DNA of 64,000 nt from Octopus vulgaris (lineage: Eukaryota): positions 164,114,001 to 164,178,000 of the forward strand of contig OX597814.1 in assembly GCA_951406725.2 (NCBI GenBank). Reading direction: 5' to 3'. The first letter of the stretch is position 1, and each line of letters opens with the position of its first letter. A model generated the notes under the pieces. The model saw only the letters and a list, made by a program, of their open reading frames with translations. It was not told where the DNA came from and did not search any database. Made by a program: the position numbers and the translations under genes. This document shows positions 48,811 through 62,974 of this stretch, in pieces.

Positions 48811-49989
48811 CTAGGAATATGACTATTAGAAACCAAACTAATGAAAACATAATGTAGATGTAAATATTCAAAAAACATTTCAGGTCTTAAGACATGGATA
48901 ATGGTTTGACTAATTGTGGCTGTATTAAATATGTTAGTATTTTGTGTCCTTAATTTTCTTTTGAAACTTTTCATGTCTTCCTCATTTATATAATAATTAA
49001 ATTATTGTATACAGTACTCAGGTACACCACAAATACAGTGCTCAGGTGCACCCAAGCTTGTCATTAGATAGTGTTGGTTTACAACACTACTGAATAGCAG
49101 TTGAAGAATCTCACATCACTATCAAAAAGATGTAGGCAACAATAATGATAATTTCAAATTTTGGCACGAAGCCAGAAATTTTGATGGAAGGGTATTTATT
49201 AGTTGATACCATCAATACCAGTACTTGAGTGGTACTTTATTTTATCAAGTCCGAAAGAATGAAAGACAAAATTGACTTCAGTGGAACTTGAACTCAGAAT
49301 ATAAAATTTGAAACAAATACTAGAAGGCTTTTTTTCCAGTGCTCTAATGATTTTACCAGCTTGAAGCAAAGTTTAGAAATATTACTCTTTGTATTATGTA
49401 TCAAACTTTGTATTTAGCTCTTACTCTGATGTCTCTATATAAGAAATAAATGATAATTTTCCAAAATGTGTCCATGTACTTTACAACAGAAAAGTTTCCT
49501 GTTTTGAAGCTTTCCTAATGTTGTCTAGTTTCCCTTCCCTGACTCCACCCCTATTTGTGTTACTCATTCTTTTCAAGCATATAGATTCAACAGTTATTGC
49601 GTTGCACCACAGTTTATATTCTCAGCATTTCTGTAGATGTAAGCAAGCTGAATATACAAATTATAAGTGAGTAAGAGTATCTGATATTTTTTGAGAAACA
49701 GGTGTAATATTATTATTTAATTGTAAAGTTTTATAACAGTGATTCAATTGAGGATAAACTCGTGACATCTCTTTGAATGTCTGGCTGCTAGAACAGCTTT
49801 CTCACCGACCAGCAGTACCTTGATTTAAATTGGTATAAAATACAATTATACGAATATACAGCGAAATTAAGTATATCTACACTTATATAAGCACTTATAC
49901 ATTTATGTATTATCACATTTACTTTCATATAAAATTAAAATTAAGCGATAACTGGATAACAACCCTTGTTCCAAATAGTTTTTAAAATT

Positions 49990-50063
49990 CCACCAAAAGA
50001 TGTCGCCTTATTCCAAGAACTGACCAATCATATTCGTCTTTACTTAGTAGAATTTTAATGTAG
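49990..50063 (+). promoter_or_regulatory. Candidate promoter and first exon of the Pro-rich gene
   Basis: CCAAT near 50024; TAG|GTGAGT donor at 50064; CpG-retaining, TE-free tract at ~49.8-52.5 kb. Confidence 0.45.
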
Positions 50064-52660
50064 GTGAGTGTTGGAGCCATTGTTGTATGGGTTCACTTAA
50101 GTAAAATTTTCGGAATTTTATGCTATGTACGTATATTAATTTAATATTTGCTCAGTAATGTGATTCTCCCCCCAACAGAATAGACTGGCCGGATACATTA
50201 TCATTATTTTATACATGCCTTTGTTTCTTCAATTTTGGATCATTTATATAATAGTAATTTCCACCTTATGTGTTAGTAATTTTCATCGAAGGATCATTTA
50301 ATGTCGACTTCATTCAGTGCTTGATGATCCAATATTTTTCACCACAACGCTCTTTTGACTGGACTTTTTAAGGTTTTGAATTGGTTATATCTCTCCAGGG
50401 TTTTCATCTTACAATTTCTGTAGGTGCGCACTAACCTCGATGGATTTCCACTTTTACTATTTATTTTCTGTTTACTAATCATTAGAACTAGCTACCATTT
50501 TTCCTATACTCTGGTATTTTACAAATATATGTATAAAAAAAAATGTTTTCGCTTATAATATTATAATATTTTGTTATTTCTCCTTATACTTAAATAGTTT
50601 AAAAATTACCATTTCTAAAGATATTTTCGTTACTACTTCTCCCCCTCCCTCCCTTTCTATTGTATCATTTATGCTGTAGGCGAAATTTATTTGCGATACA
50701 TGATTCATATATTACATTTGAACATATACTGAATTTAGCAATGGATCTAATCCAAGTACGTTCATTTTCATTATATTCCATTTAGTTTTTAATCTTTATG
50801 TGTTACGAAAACACATTTGTCTAATCAGTGTATTAAGCTTCACATATGTGTTATCACATGCTACCGTGGATCTAGTAGTTGTAAACCATTGATATATCGC
50901 AGACTGACAGCTAATTGGACTAATGCGTAGATGCAGGGTTATTTTAGAATTACTTTTATTGCAAGTTAAACCATTTTTCTTTAATATTTCATCCAGTCGT
51001 AACAATATATGTTCCCCCGCCTTTCTTTCTTGCCCGTTCTTTTTTCATGGCCTTTCTATCCAGGTCACGTGGCCATTTACTGTCTGTCTACCTCCCCCTC
51101 TCTGTTATACACATTCGCTGTAGCTTCTGTGATGCCTCTCCCAATTCTCTTTCTCTCTCACTTTCTCTGCTACTACAACTCTTACTAACAATGACTATTA
51201 ACGCTTTCTCTTCAAATATATCTTGACTATTGTCCATAAAGATTATATATTGACCATTTTATTGTTGTGTTATATCACCACCGTCGCCCTTATTAAAGAA
51301 CCTTGTACGATCTGTTGGTACTAAACGACTACTGTGATATACCCTTTGAGTAGTTATATATAGCTAGCCGTGGCCAGTTCTAATCTAGGTTGGACAGATG
51401 TTGGCGAAGGTTCCTTGTCTTACAACTCAGAATTTCAGTAGCAGCGCAATATGATACCTTCGTTCTCCATTATTAAATCTTCGTCCCTACCTACCAAAAT
51501 TCCTCATTGAGGTATTTAACATACTAGATTTATTTTTTAAACTCTTTCAGTTCCTTAGGCTCATCTGTAATAATAAGTATGTATATTTTTGCGTGTGAAT
51601 TCAATTTTAGCTTCATTTTCAAATTATCTTCAACACCTCTTTTTGTGTATTATGTTTTATTTTTGCTCTAAAAATTCTTGTTCGTGAGACGTAAGAAAAA
51701 GATGAATTTTCTAAAAAGACTTCAAGAATGTAGAATTATTATTATAAAGGTCAGCCTAAAGGAAATATGTATTACATAAAACTATATAGTACTATTTTTG
51801 TGCTTGCTTTTCGTTTAAATCTAGTATCTATTAATAGAAAATATTTTATTTCTTACTTTTTCCAAATTGTTTACTTTATAAACGCTTTCACTTCCTCAGA
51901 TACCCTTCCTTAGTGGGCTAGTTAAAATATTTATCACCCAACAGTCGGCCATGTTGTAGATATGTTAGTATCACCATTTATCACACTACTTCTCGATTTA
52001 CCATTGCATACCTCACAAGTTTGCTGATACGTACCACACTTCCATTACCATTTTACTTTTTGTTTTAGGTCTTCATTCCAAGTTATGTGTATATATATAT
52101 CTACATATATATATATATATATTACCTTCTTCCAAAGACTTTTTTGAGTAATCGAGTTGTTTGCCCCTTCCACGTCAAATTGTTTTCTAATGGTGTCTTC
52201 TAGTTTTCCTTTCAGTCTTGGTATTATCTCCCTCTCCCCCGCTATAAGCCTACCCCACTTTTTTTTCCAAATGTGTCTTAGTTTTCATTTTAATTATTGC
52301 AGCTGGTCTTTCCCGATCCCCTTTTTTTGACATATCCACAAAGTAATTTCTCCTATTACGACTTGCTGCTTCTGTTTACACATTCCTGTCACCTTCAAAA
52401 CTACTAGCGCTTTTTTTTTTTTTTTTTTTTAATAAATCAACACTTAGCTTCTTTGTTAACGTAAAATATCGTTTGCTTTCACTTTTTAGTGGTCAATTTA
52501 TATAGTTTTAGTGAACTGTATCCGTCTAAAATATGTATTCATTACATATATCTTATATTTAAAACGACCACTTTAATTTGATATTTTGTTTGTTGATTAT
52601 GTATAATTTACTTCAATTCTCAGAACAAACTAATATATTGATGATATTCTATTTTGATAG

Positions 52661-52701
52661 GACTGGTTGTATTATTAATTCTACAAAGTAAATCAAAGAA
52701 G
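52661..52701 (+). other. Probable 5' UTR exon of the Pro-rich gene
   Basis: attttgatag acceptor and AAG|GTAAGA donor; 41 nt with no ATG. Confidence 0.55.
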
Positions 52702-54299
52702 GTAAGAATAACTTTATGCCATCTTCAGATTTTAATTTTCTATCTGTGATTTCCTTACTTATCTTTTCCACTAATTATTCAGCTAGATTTAAGCTATATA
52801 TATATATATATATATATGGTTTTCATTTTTCTTAAACTGAAAACTGTTAATTTTGTTATTGCATGTACTGCTTTAGCTTCAAATTTATCTTTCATTAATA
52901 TGACTATTTGATAGAATTAAATATAATTATCACTCTTCTGGTTATCTCATAATATTTAATGCGTCTTTTTATTGGTGTTTTTTTTATTGTTTTTACAATG
53001 TAGCTTTGTTGTAACTTCCTTGAAGTATATTGGTCTCTATTTTTGTTTTGATGTATTAGGAAATATTTTTAAGCATTTAAATGCCCTTATAGTCATTAGC
53101 ACTTGAGAAAGAAATGATGTTCCGGGTCGTTTACGAGGGACTTTGCAGCTTGGTTTGTATGATTTTGTTATGCTATGAATTAGTAGGATGTCTAGTGAAT
53201 AGTATATTCTGTTGATTAGCTCTATTTTCATGTTGCTTTCATGTTTCATTGTTGTCTTAGTACTTCCTCGAATACATATGTATGCTAGTTTAAATCTAGT
53301 TCATAAATTTTATTTTCTATTAGGGTTTGTTTAACTGTGATTAAGACTGTGTGCATGTAAGTGTGAGAACTGTTGTTTGAAGAATTTGTTTAAAACTATG
53401 ATTTGTGTTGTCCCAGCCTGCTCTTCAAAGAATGACCAAGTTAACTGGATTTTTTTAGCCTCATCTGCTTTTTATTTGGGTAAAGAAAGATTGAGTCACA
53501 TTATTTTATTATGTTGTTAGAAGTCTGTAACAAAAAAGTAAAATTTGAGGATAATTTTTCAGATCCCTTTAAATTCAACTCAGCAGAGTTGTAAGCTGTT
53601 CTTTAGTGATGCAGCAGGCTCGTGGTGATGATTTTGCAGTTCACAAGAGTAAACAGGTTAGTTAAGGAGACTTCAGATAACCTTTATTCTCAATGAAACT
53701 AGACATGTATTAAATGTTGGGGGTTTGGGATGTTAGTGACAGCTAAATAAAGAGTAGTATGGTACTGGTCAGGTTTGTATTTCATGTGTTACATGTAAAG
53801 CTTTTTTGGAATGACTTTAGATATGGATGAACAGATTTTGATTCAGGCTAATTGTAGTCTGTATTTCATTTCATTCTTCTTGTGGATATTAATTCTGAGC
53901 TTGAAGTGATGAGTTTTTGTTTCATCCAGTCAGCTTTAGATGAATAATCACTGCTGTGGAATTTTTATTATTAATTTGATTCTTCGTTCCTTTTCAAGTT
54001 TGTTATAAATTGTATTTTGTCACTGTATTGCTTGAACTAGTTTTTGTCCATTTATATATTAAAACCTTGAGTTCAACTTATTTTGTGTTAAGCTTAATAT
54101 AAAAAAAACTAGAAAAAACTAGACATGTCAAAAACGTCAGATATGTTTTGACTAATCTTCTTGCAATTATGTGTTTTCTTTGTTTTTCTGAAATTTTGCA
54201 AAAGAGAAATGTTTAGTTATATTGTCTATATGCATGGTCTAATGATTTTTAATTTTGAGTGCCTACATCAGTTTTTTTTCTTTTTAATTCCAGAGAAAT

Positions 54300-54839
54300 A
54301 TGAGTTTTTACAATAGCATACCGCCAAGTGAGAAGCCAGGACTTTATCCTGCTGGAACCTTTCCTACAGCCAGTTATGCTCCCTCTCAACCTGCTGGAAT
54401 GCCACCTGCAGCAACACCACAACAGAGATTCCCATCAGCTACTCAACAATATGCAATGCCTGCAGGTGCTGCCACACCCTCATTGTACACTCCAAGCAAT
54501 GGGTATACACTAATGTCTCCAGCTTATGCTTCTTCTCCTGCACCTGGAGCATTTCATTCTGTTGGTTACTCTTCTCTTCCTTCCATCCCATCGACGACTC
54601 CAGGTTATCCTACCGCCCAGTATCCTACTACAAACTTCCCACCAACTCAGTTGCCAGGAAGTAGTGCACCATACCCAGGTTTGCCAGTCAGTAGCCAGTT
54701 GTATACAGGAAGTGGGGGTTATAGTCCCCTTCAAAGTGTTCAACCTAGAGCCTACACCATGCCACCAATGGCATACCCAAGTACACTTGGCACAAACCCT
54801 ACATACCCTGGTGCTCCTCCTTTTGGGCCACCATATTAA
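54300..54839 (+). CDS. Pro/Tyr/Ser/Ala-rich low-complexity protein, 179 aa, possibly FAM168 (TCRP1/MANI)-like
   Basis: Uninterrupted, GC-elevated ORF just after a strong acceptor (ttttttctttttaattccag|AGAAATATG, exon start 54294). KPGLYPAGTFPTASYA loosely recalls FAM168 KGIGYPAGFPMGYA. The family call is tentative. Confidence 0.8.
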   Translation: MSFYNSIPPSEKPGLYPAGTFPTASYAPSQPAGMPPAATPQQRFPSATQQYAMPAGAATPSLYTPSNGYTLMSPAYASSPAPGAFHSVGYSSLPSIPSTTPGYPTAQYPTTNFPPTQLPGSSAPYPGLPVSSQLYTGSGGYSPLQSVQPRAYTMPPMAYPSTLGTNPTYPGAPPFGPPY

Positions 54840-55929
54840 AAAAGGTGTCAATAGCAGCAGGTGGCTAGGACTGAAGCTTATATATGTTGTATAGACCTAC
54901 TGCATCTGGTGTGTTTGTAAATCTGGGCCCTTATTGGCCTAAGTTGAATTTAATTCTCATGTTTTTATGCAAACAAGGCTTCTTATGTATCTTATACGCA
55001 AGATAAGGGACTAAACTTATCAGGTACTCTTTGGTAGACATGGTGGTAACCGAAGTGCAACAGGGAAGTTGGTGAAGATAGGCTACTTTACTCATTCTGT
55101 TGCATAATACAAACATTTTTATGAAGGCCAATCTAAGTGTGCTCTATTATATATATATATGTATAATTTTATGATATATATTGCACACATACTCTTTCCC
55201 CTGCTTTCTTTTTCTTTACTCAACAGACTTTAACTATAAAAGGAATATTTTATGTGTGCGTGTGTGTGTGTATGTGTATATATATATATATATATAATAT
55301 ACATGCACACACACACACAAACACATTTTTCTTTTTTTAGACTTTTTTGTTTTTACAGAATGCATTTTTATATTTTGATAACATTTTTGAAGAAACTGCT
55401 GTTTTTGTTACTTTTTTTTTTCAAACTATTTGTCATGTGGATCTTGGTACCAAAATGAATGCACTTGGTTATTACTCCAGTATAAGTAAACCAATATTGG
55501 CTAATGATAAGGTCACATTTTTTCTTTTTCCCATTATTACACTGCATGTGCTTTCATTGACTTTTTTTAATCAACCTTGTCATTCAGCCACTATTCATTG
55601 CAATTTCTTCTTTGAATAATTTTAGTTCAACGTTTTCACATTTTACAAATTGCATTGAATTTCTTGGTTTAGTTTTATTGGATTATATTCTTTCAACAGT
55701 GTACTGGTCTTCGATTGGAACTGCTAATTGATATTCCACAGTAACCTGTACAGAAGTCTAGAAAAGCATTTCCTCTCTAAATTCTGTAGCATTCATCCAT
55801 GACGCAATACATCATAGATAGCTATTTTTAGCAAATATAAATCATAAAGAAAATTTTCTCCTCAATTTCCCTTTCTTCCCTAACAAAATGGCCTTATATC
55901 CAATAATGAAGATAAAGTTATATATATAT

Positions 55930-55963
<34 letters not shown>

Positions 55964-56896
55964 GTCTAATAAACATTTTGGTAATCTAAACCAACACTGC
56001 AGTTTGATTTAGCTTGCAGTGATTTCTCCAACTGCTGTATACCTGTTACCCACCTCTCATCACAATTATCTCTTTTTTTCTATATTCAACTAAAAAAAAA
56101 ATTCTTTTTCAATCTACCATTGCTGAATTGGTGTCTAACTCGTTTCCAACTGGGGAAACTTGTAAGAATATTTTTTCAATAGTTAACTCAATTACCTTCA
56201 ATCACAAGGCCATTTAGGTCGTCTTGTAATAGACATCTATTAAATAAAATATTTTAAAACTATGAAATATACAATTCCTTTTTTTTTTTTTTTTTTAACT
56301 TAGATTGTAGCTTGCATTTTATAAGGATTCGGTATCCAAGTTAAGAGTGAAGGAGGTTGGATTTTATTTAATAGAAAATGTGTCTTGATGTTTAAATTTC
56401 TTGACTGTTATCTTAAATTCGTCTTTAACCAGTATTTTTAGTGCAAGAATGTGTATTCAAATACATTAGGATAAATTTACTTCGAAGAGGTTATATTTTC
56501 TCATTTTTCTCTGAAGTTATACAATATAAAGTGAATCTCTAGTAACTTCTATAAAGATACTTTTTAAATATTTCTTCTGAAGCCTGTTTACTGTTAAGAC
56601 AATCTAGATTCAAAGATGTGAGATGCTGGTAGTTATTTTTATGAACATATTTATTAGATAAACAGCAATCTTGTTCTAAAATATTCTGTAATAAATTAGA
56701 AAATCTTTTTTTTTTTTATATATATATACTAATTAGTGTTTGGACATATTTCTAACAATCCAGTGTACAGAAATGGATTAATCAAATTGGCACATGTAAA
56801 AAAAAAAAAAGCTTTTCCCTAATGTAGAATTATATATATACCCTAAACTTGTGTACTAAAAGTATATCAGGAGACCTATATTAATATGTTAGTTTC

Positions 56897-56936
<40 letters not shown>

Positions 56937-59900
56937 ATATATATATATATATTAGTGCTTTGGAAAGTTTAAGAGAAGTCTTTTGTTATACTACTTCTAC
57001 TCAACTTTATTCTTTTAACCTTGGTTGAAGACAAAATAAAAGGATCATTTTAAATAACACTTTTGTGCTTTTTTTGTTCCTCAAAGTACAAATATTAGTT
57101 ATCTTAATAGTAAAAATACAATTTTAAAATTGTACATGGAAAGTTATGTAAAATTCAGATGGTAATATTGAATTAATACTGGAGATGTTTTAAAGTTCCA
57201 AGAAGTTGGAATGATTAACCAACAGTATTTTCATTGATAACTTTTCTCTAAATTCCAATCCATACTATTTTTTAAAGAAAAGTTAGAAATTTAATTTACC
57301 TGTATAATGACCTGAAATAATATTCCTAAGTGGATATGGTTTCTAGTGTGAACCATTGATAACATGCATGGAAAGAGTTAACCAAATTTGTTGCTATCTG
57401 ATTGCAGAGAGCTCATAGCCTGTGTCAATAGGTTATGAAAGAAATTTATGAAATTGGGCAATATCTGCAAGATGACTGGTTTCACAGAATCTTTTCTATT
57501 AACATCACAGCCAACTATAGTTCTTAAACTTAATGATTATGAACTTTAGTTCTGCTTAATACCTTCAACTGCTGATGGTCCATAATTGTTTGGGAGGTGG
57601 GTAAGAAAACTCTGATATCTGACTAGTGTTTAAGTGAGTGTAGTGAAATTATGATGGTATTATTGGTCATTTAACCCAATAAATATTGTCAACTTGTAAT
57701 TTGTTTTAAACAAACTTTTTTATGAAACTGTGAATTATTCTATAGTTTCTTTTTTTTTTTTTTTCTTTTTTTTATTAACCTCATGACAGCAATAATGTAT
57801 TATTGAATTTCATGTCTGTTCAAACTTTGGGTTTTATGTACACACACTATCATTTCTCCATAGTAAAACGCATCGTTTCTTTTCCTCCACCATCACTTAA
57901 TTGGATATCAGATAAATAATGTGGAAGAAAAGAATACATATTCATTTCTAGAAAATGGAAACAATCACCTGTTTTTTATGTATTGGTGCAATGTGTATTA
58001 CAGTTTTTTTTCTATTGTATGTGTGATGCTGAACTTATTCTGAAGAGGCTGTAAAATAGCAAAACTATTTGGATATAGAGTTTTCTATGAAACAGGTGAA
58101 AATAAAATTTGGTGAGGAATATACATTACTCTTTGTTGTTTTTTTTTTTTTTTTTTTTTCCTCAATTTTATACTTGTTTATACAAGAATTTTGTTGGCTA
58201 CTCCATGAAAATCTTACATTGACTACTGACAAAATTTTTTAATCTAATTTGTCTTCAAAGAAATTGCTCATCTTAATGATTAAAAATGCTTTTAACCCTT
58301 TAGCATTTAAACTGACCGTATCCAGCCAAAATATTCCACCTGTTTTGTCCAAAGTGGCCAGTTTTGGCCTTTTGCACCAGCCCTACAATATCATTCAAAA
58401 AATTAAGTTCTTGTCAAAGTTTCATAACTAAAAGATAATACATGATTAATTAAAACTATGTTAATGAATAAGCATTACTTATGACAGAATATGAATGCTC
58501 AAGGGTTAAAAGATATTCCGTTTCCCATCATTGGAGCTGGGTCTATTTCAACACAGCACCTCACAATTTTCATGGTCCTTCATTTGAGACCAGCAATTAC
58601 TTTAAAATGTAGCATATTTTTTACAGCTGGATGCCTTTCCCATTGTCAAGTACTTCACAGCATGGACTCCTTGCATTTTATTATGCCACCAGTAGTTCAA
58701 AGGTTGTCAGCCAGGGCTAAACAATTCTTTGCATCAGCTTCACTGTAGCTTGCAGAATCAAGTGTCTCTTCCATTTCTTCTTGGTAATTTTGATATTTTA
58801 GAACTTGGAAATAATTTTCTTTCAAACCCATTGAACTGATAATAGTACAAAGTTAATTATTTATGCAAGTTTGCATAATGCATTGTAACTTTGCTTGTAT
58901 TTCATAGAATGCCTGTTCTTAATTAAGGCTCTTGCTTTCTAAAGCAGAAAATAACATTTTTTTAGAAATTAACTTTTTTTCTCTAACTTATTGAAAGTTT
59001 TACATTATTGATTTATATTAAAGGCTGTCTAAGTAATTACAACTTTAATTTTGTCTATATACACTACTTCAACCAGAGCAATACAAGGCTCTTCTAAACT
59101 ATATAACTAAGTCTGAAACAAAGATTAATTCTATAGACTAAGTGGTTAAAGAAATAAAAAGTGTACCATCTTGATATTAATAGAAATAGTTTTTCAAATC
59201 AGAATTGTAACATTTAATCTAAAATTAATTCATTTCAGCTGAAATCAGATAAGTTTTATTTACTTTCCATGGAAAATTCTATTGTTTTGGCCAATATTTT
59301 GCTGAATTAAATAGGCTGTGGTACATTTAGGTTACTAAATCAAACTTGTAATTAAACTTTCACAAAATTTTACATTTAATATAAAATAATTCTTAACATT
59401 TCAATATTGAAATAGCCTCACCTAATTCTCTTGTCACTTGGGACACTTGTAAAGATATAAATTCTAGTTCTCATCAGAGTATTTATTTCCTGTTTCCACT
59501 CTTTATTTCAGCAACAATGATGAAAATATTTTTCACATAAGCCTGAGATTTTTTATTTTATGTTTAGTATGTGGATATTAGATATGAAAAGATCTTGACT
59601 TTCTTTTTAAAACTTAGGGAAGTAGTTTGTATTGTACTTTATTGAATCTGCCAAGATATCGGTCGTTTATATTGCCAAAGCTGTTGTCTATTGTCAAGTT
59701 ACTTGATCTTCAATGTTGAGTCCACTGTGCTAAATACTGATGGCTGTTTAACCTTAAGTCAATCTGACTGAAACGCATTCTAAATTTTTATCATCTTAAA
59801 AGAAAATACAGATAGTATAATTCACTGCTGCTATGAGTAGTAAGACTGAAATGAATATTTTGTTGGTTTGCAGAAAGTTAAGTTTAATTACTAAATGTCC

Positions 59901-61917
59901 ATACAGCATAAAACCTGCTTGCAATATATATTGTCCTATACAGTTGGGTATTTACTTCACTTGCTTCATGCTAGAGAAACGAAAATTGAGTTCCAGTCAT
60001 TGGGATTCTGATTGCCCTTTTATTTATTGTTGTTGAAGCTATTTACACAGGAGTTTAAGACTAGGCTTTTGGAGATTTTTATAAACTGAAGATCTGCATA
60101 GAAAGTTCCAAACTTGGAAGAATGGTCAACTTGACAAAAACAAAATTATTAAATTAGTAACATTTACTTCACAAATCATGTGAAAATGAATCTTCCAGTT
60201 TTCCCTGACTATGTTGCAATATTGCTCTATGGTTGAAGTTAGCTTGTTGCTGAGTGCCCAATGAGAGACATTATCAACATATCACATTTGAATTTTCACA
60301 ATGCTAATCAGAAGTTGGTTAAGCAAATTTGTAATTTTAAACTGGTCCCAGACTCTCTGTACAAGAAGGTAATGGTATAAAATGGAAACAATTTCTATTG
60401 ATAACATAAGTTATATGAATTAAACATATATTACACTAAAGAAGGTTGGTGTTCACAAAAAAGATCACCTCGAGGTATTTTTCATGAGATAGAGGTTTCT
60501 AAATGAACAAGTAACTCATTAAAAATGTCAGTTTTTAAACACTGAAAATTAAGGTAATCTTATGAAAATAAGAGCAATAAAGGAAACTTAGCATTTATTA
60601 AATATAATGAAGTGAAATATTCAGAGAATAGTGTTTTAACAACTCTACTGGTATAAATACAAATAGTGTACTGGCAGAGTTCATATATATCATAATCATG
60701 TTTTGGATGGCTTGATTGGATCCTGTGAACTGCATCAAGCTCCAGTGTCAGCTTTAGCATGGTTTCTACAGCTGGTTGCTCTTCCTGACATCAACCACAC
60801 TACAGTGTGTCCTGGGTGCGGTTTTTTTTTCTCTATTCCAATGGCTCAAATAAGGTTACTATGTAACTTGCGAAGCAAGGAAAAAAGCTAATGTGACTAA
60901 ATGGGGGTAGTATTTGAATAGTGTAGGTGTGTTGCTATAGAGGAGTTACATGGCTGCTCTGTATTTTATAAGTGTTGGGAAGTAGCTATGGAGAAAAGGT
61001 AGTTGCAATGGGATGCTAGATCAAACTCACAAGGAACAAGGTGAGCTTAAGAAAGGATACGGACAGTAGTTCAGGTGGGGTTGGGTGAATATAGTGAGTG
61101 CTGAACAGAGGTAGGGGATATATGGCCTGATTGGAAATAATGGTTGTGGGTGAAGCAAGAGAGATAAGAGACTCAGATGATGAGCAAGGCATAGTGTTAA
61201 TAAAGGAGCTGCAGGGATGCATAGGTGTGACTATAGTGTAGTGAGTGGTGGTGGATATGAGAGGGAATTGAGAATGATAGCATATATATCATCACTGTCG
61301 GTTAACGTCTGCCTTCCATATTAGCATGGGTGGGACTGTTTCTCAAGAGCTGGCCAGGCAGAAGCCTGCACCAGATTTTTGTGACTTGTTTTGGCAGGAT
61401 TTTTACAACTGGATGCCCTTAATACCAACCACTCAGCAGTGTGGACTTAGTGTTTTTACATGGCACAGGCAAGGTTTTTAAAGCTGGATGTCCTGAACAC
61501 CAACCACTTTACAGCATGGACTGGGTGCTTTTAAGTGGCACCCGCACTGACAGGGTCACCAAGTACTTGCAAAACAAAAAAAAAAAACTTTCAAGAAGGG
61601 AGGTGGTCTGGTGTCGGATGATGAAAGGTTGTGAGACAGACAGAAGCCGGTGTCTTGCTGTAGAAGTACAAGGTTACTTGGCAGGAGAGAGATCATGAAA
61701 GGTTATAGTAAGACAAACAAGTGTGCTACCGCAAAGGAAATACATTGTTACCCAACCTGAGGAAAGTGCAGGAGAAGGAGAGAGAGTGGGAGACAGCAGG
61801 ATAGAGATGGTGGCATGAGGGGTCAGAATATAAATGGAATGGTTGAATAAAGGAAGAGAGATATATACATGGTGGCAAGTGTCAGGGCATATCCTTCAGG
61901 TTCAAAACGCCATCATA

Positions 61918-62483
61918 TTGGGTTGTCTGGAAAGTTCGTGCTGATTTATAGCAGCTTACCTTTCGACTTATTTTAGAACATGGTTGAGTCCACAAAATAG
62001 GATTTGTCTACACCTCCATTTAGAGCACAGTTTAAGCTATCTTTTCGTGGAAGAAGGTTTATGTTCCTATAACCTGTGTTAATTCTGTAACCCTTTAAAA
62101 TGGAAGATAAGAAAGTTCATTTTTGGCACTTGATGCTTTGGGAACCAGACAAAAATTGCTGCAGCTCAGCTGGGATGTGTTGCCCCACCCTCCATATTCA
62201 CCAGATATTGTCCCTTCGGATTTCCATTCATTCAAGTCTCTGTAGAATAGTCTTAATGGTAAAAATTTCAATTCCTTGGATGACGTAAAAAGATACCTTG
62301 ATGACTTCTTTGCCATGAAAGCACCTCAATTCTGGGAAGAGGGTATTTTCAAGTTAAAGGAAAGATAGAGACACATTGTGCAACAAAATGGTTCATATTT
62401 GGTTGATTAAAAATGTAATGGCAAGTATTTATTGACCTTTTTCTTTCTTTTAAAAATCAGCATAAACTTTCCGGACAACCCAA
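61918..62483 (+). mobile_element. Internally deleted mariner (non-autonomous), 566 bp
   Basis: ~30-bp TIRs ttgggttgtctggaaagtt.. / ..aactttccggacaacccaa, TA on the left; transposase N-terminus MEDKKVHF joined to C-terminal WDVLPHPPYSPDIVPSDFH. Confidence 0.9.
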
Positions 62484-62974
62484 TGTAAGTGGCAGGATAT
62501 TGCGAAGGAAGTGTGATTAAAGAGTGTTGAAGGAAGGGGGAGGGGAGTGAGTGGCAAAAACCTGGGTATGTATAGTCAGGGAGCTACTGGATAGCAATGA
62601 TTGTGAGGACAGAATTGGGAAGTGAGGGCTATGCATAGTGTATGAAAGGAAATGAGAAGAGAAGAGATTTGAAGATGTACATTGTTTTGTTGGGGTAGGG
62701 TGAGTGAAAAGTTTTCTTGTTACGTGTGTGTGGAACACATAGATCAGGGACTGGCAGATATCAATAATACTGTGACAGGGCATGTGGATGGAATATACAG
62801 GTTGGGGGCTTTTAGAGAGCAATTATACAGTGCACATGGCCAAGAGGACAGGATTTAGGAGTGGGAAGCAAGCATGATGCATGAAACGGAAATGTGAGGA
62901 AGAGAAGATATGTAGTTTAGTTTGTTGTGGTAGATTGTGTGAGAAGTTTTCTTGTTAAGTGTGGGTGGGACACG

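Noticed and set aside
53620-53960. C/D snoRNAs suggested by GTGATGA boxes
   Set aside because: No CTGA D box or terminal stem at a suitable distance.
54510-54894. Overlapping 122-aa (+) and 113-aa (-) ORFs
   Set aside because: Shadow frames expected from Pro-rich codons; no independent signals.
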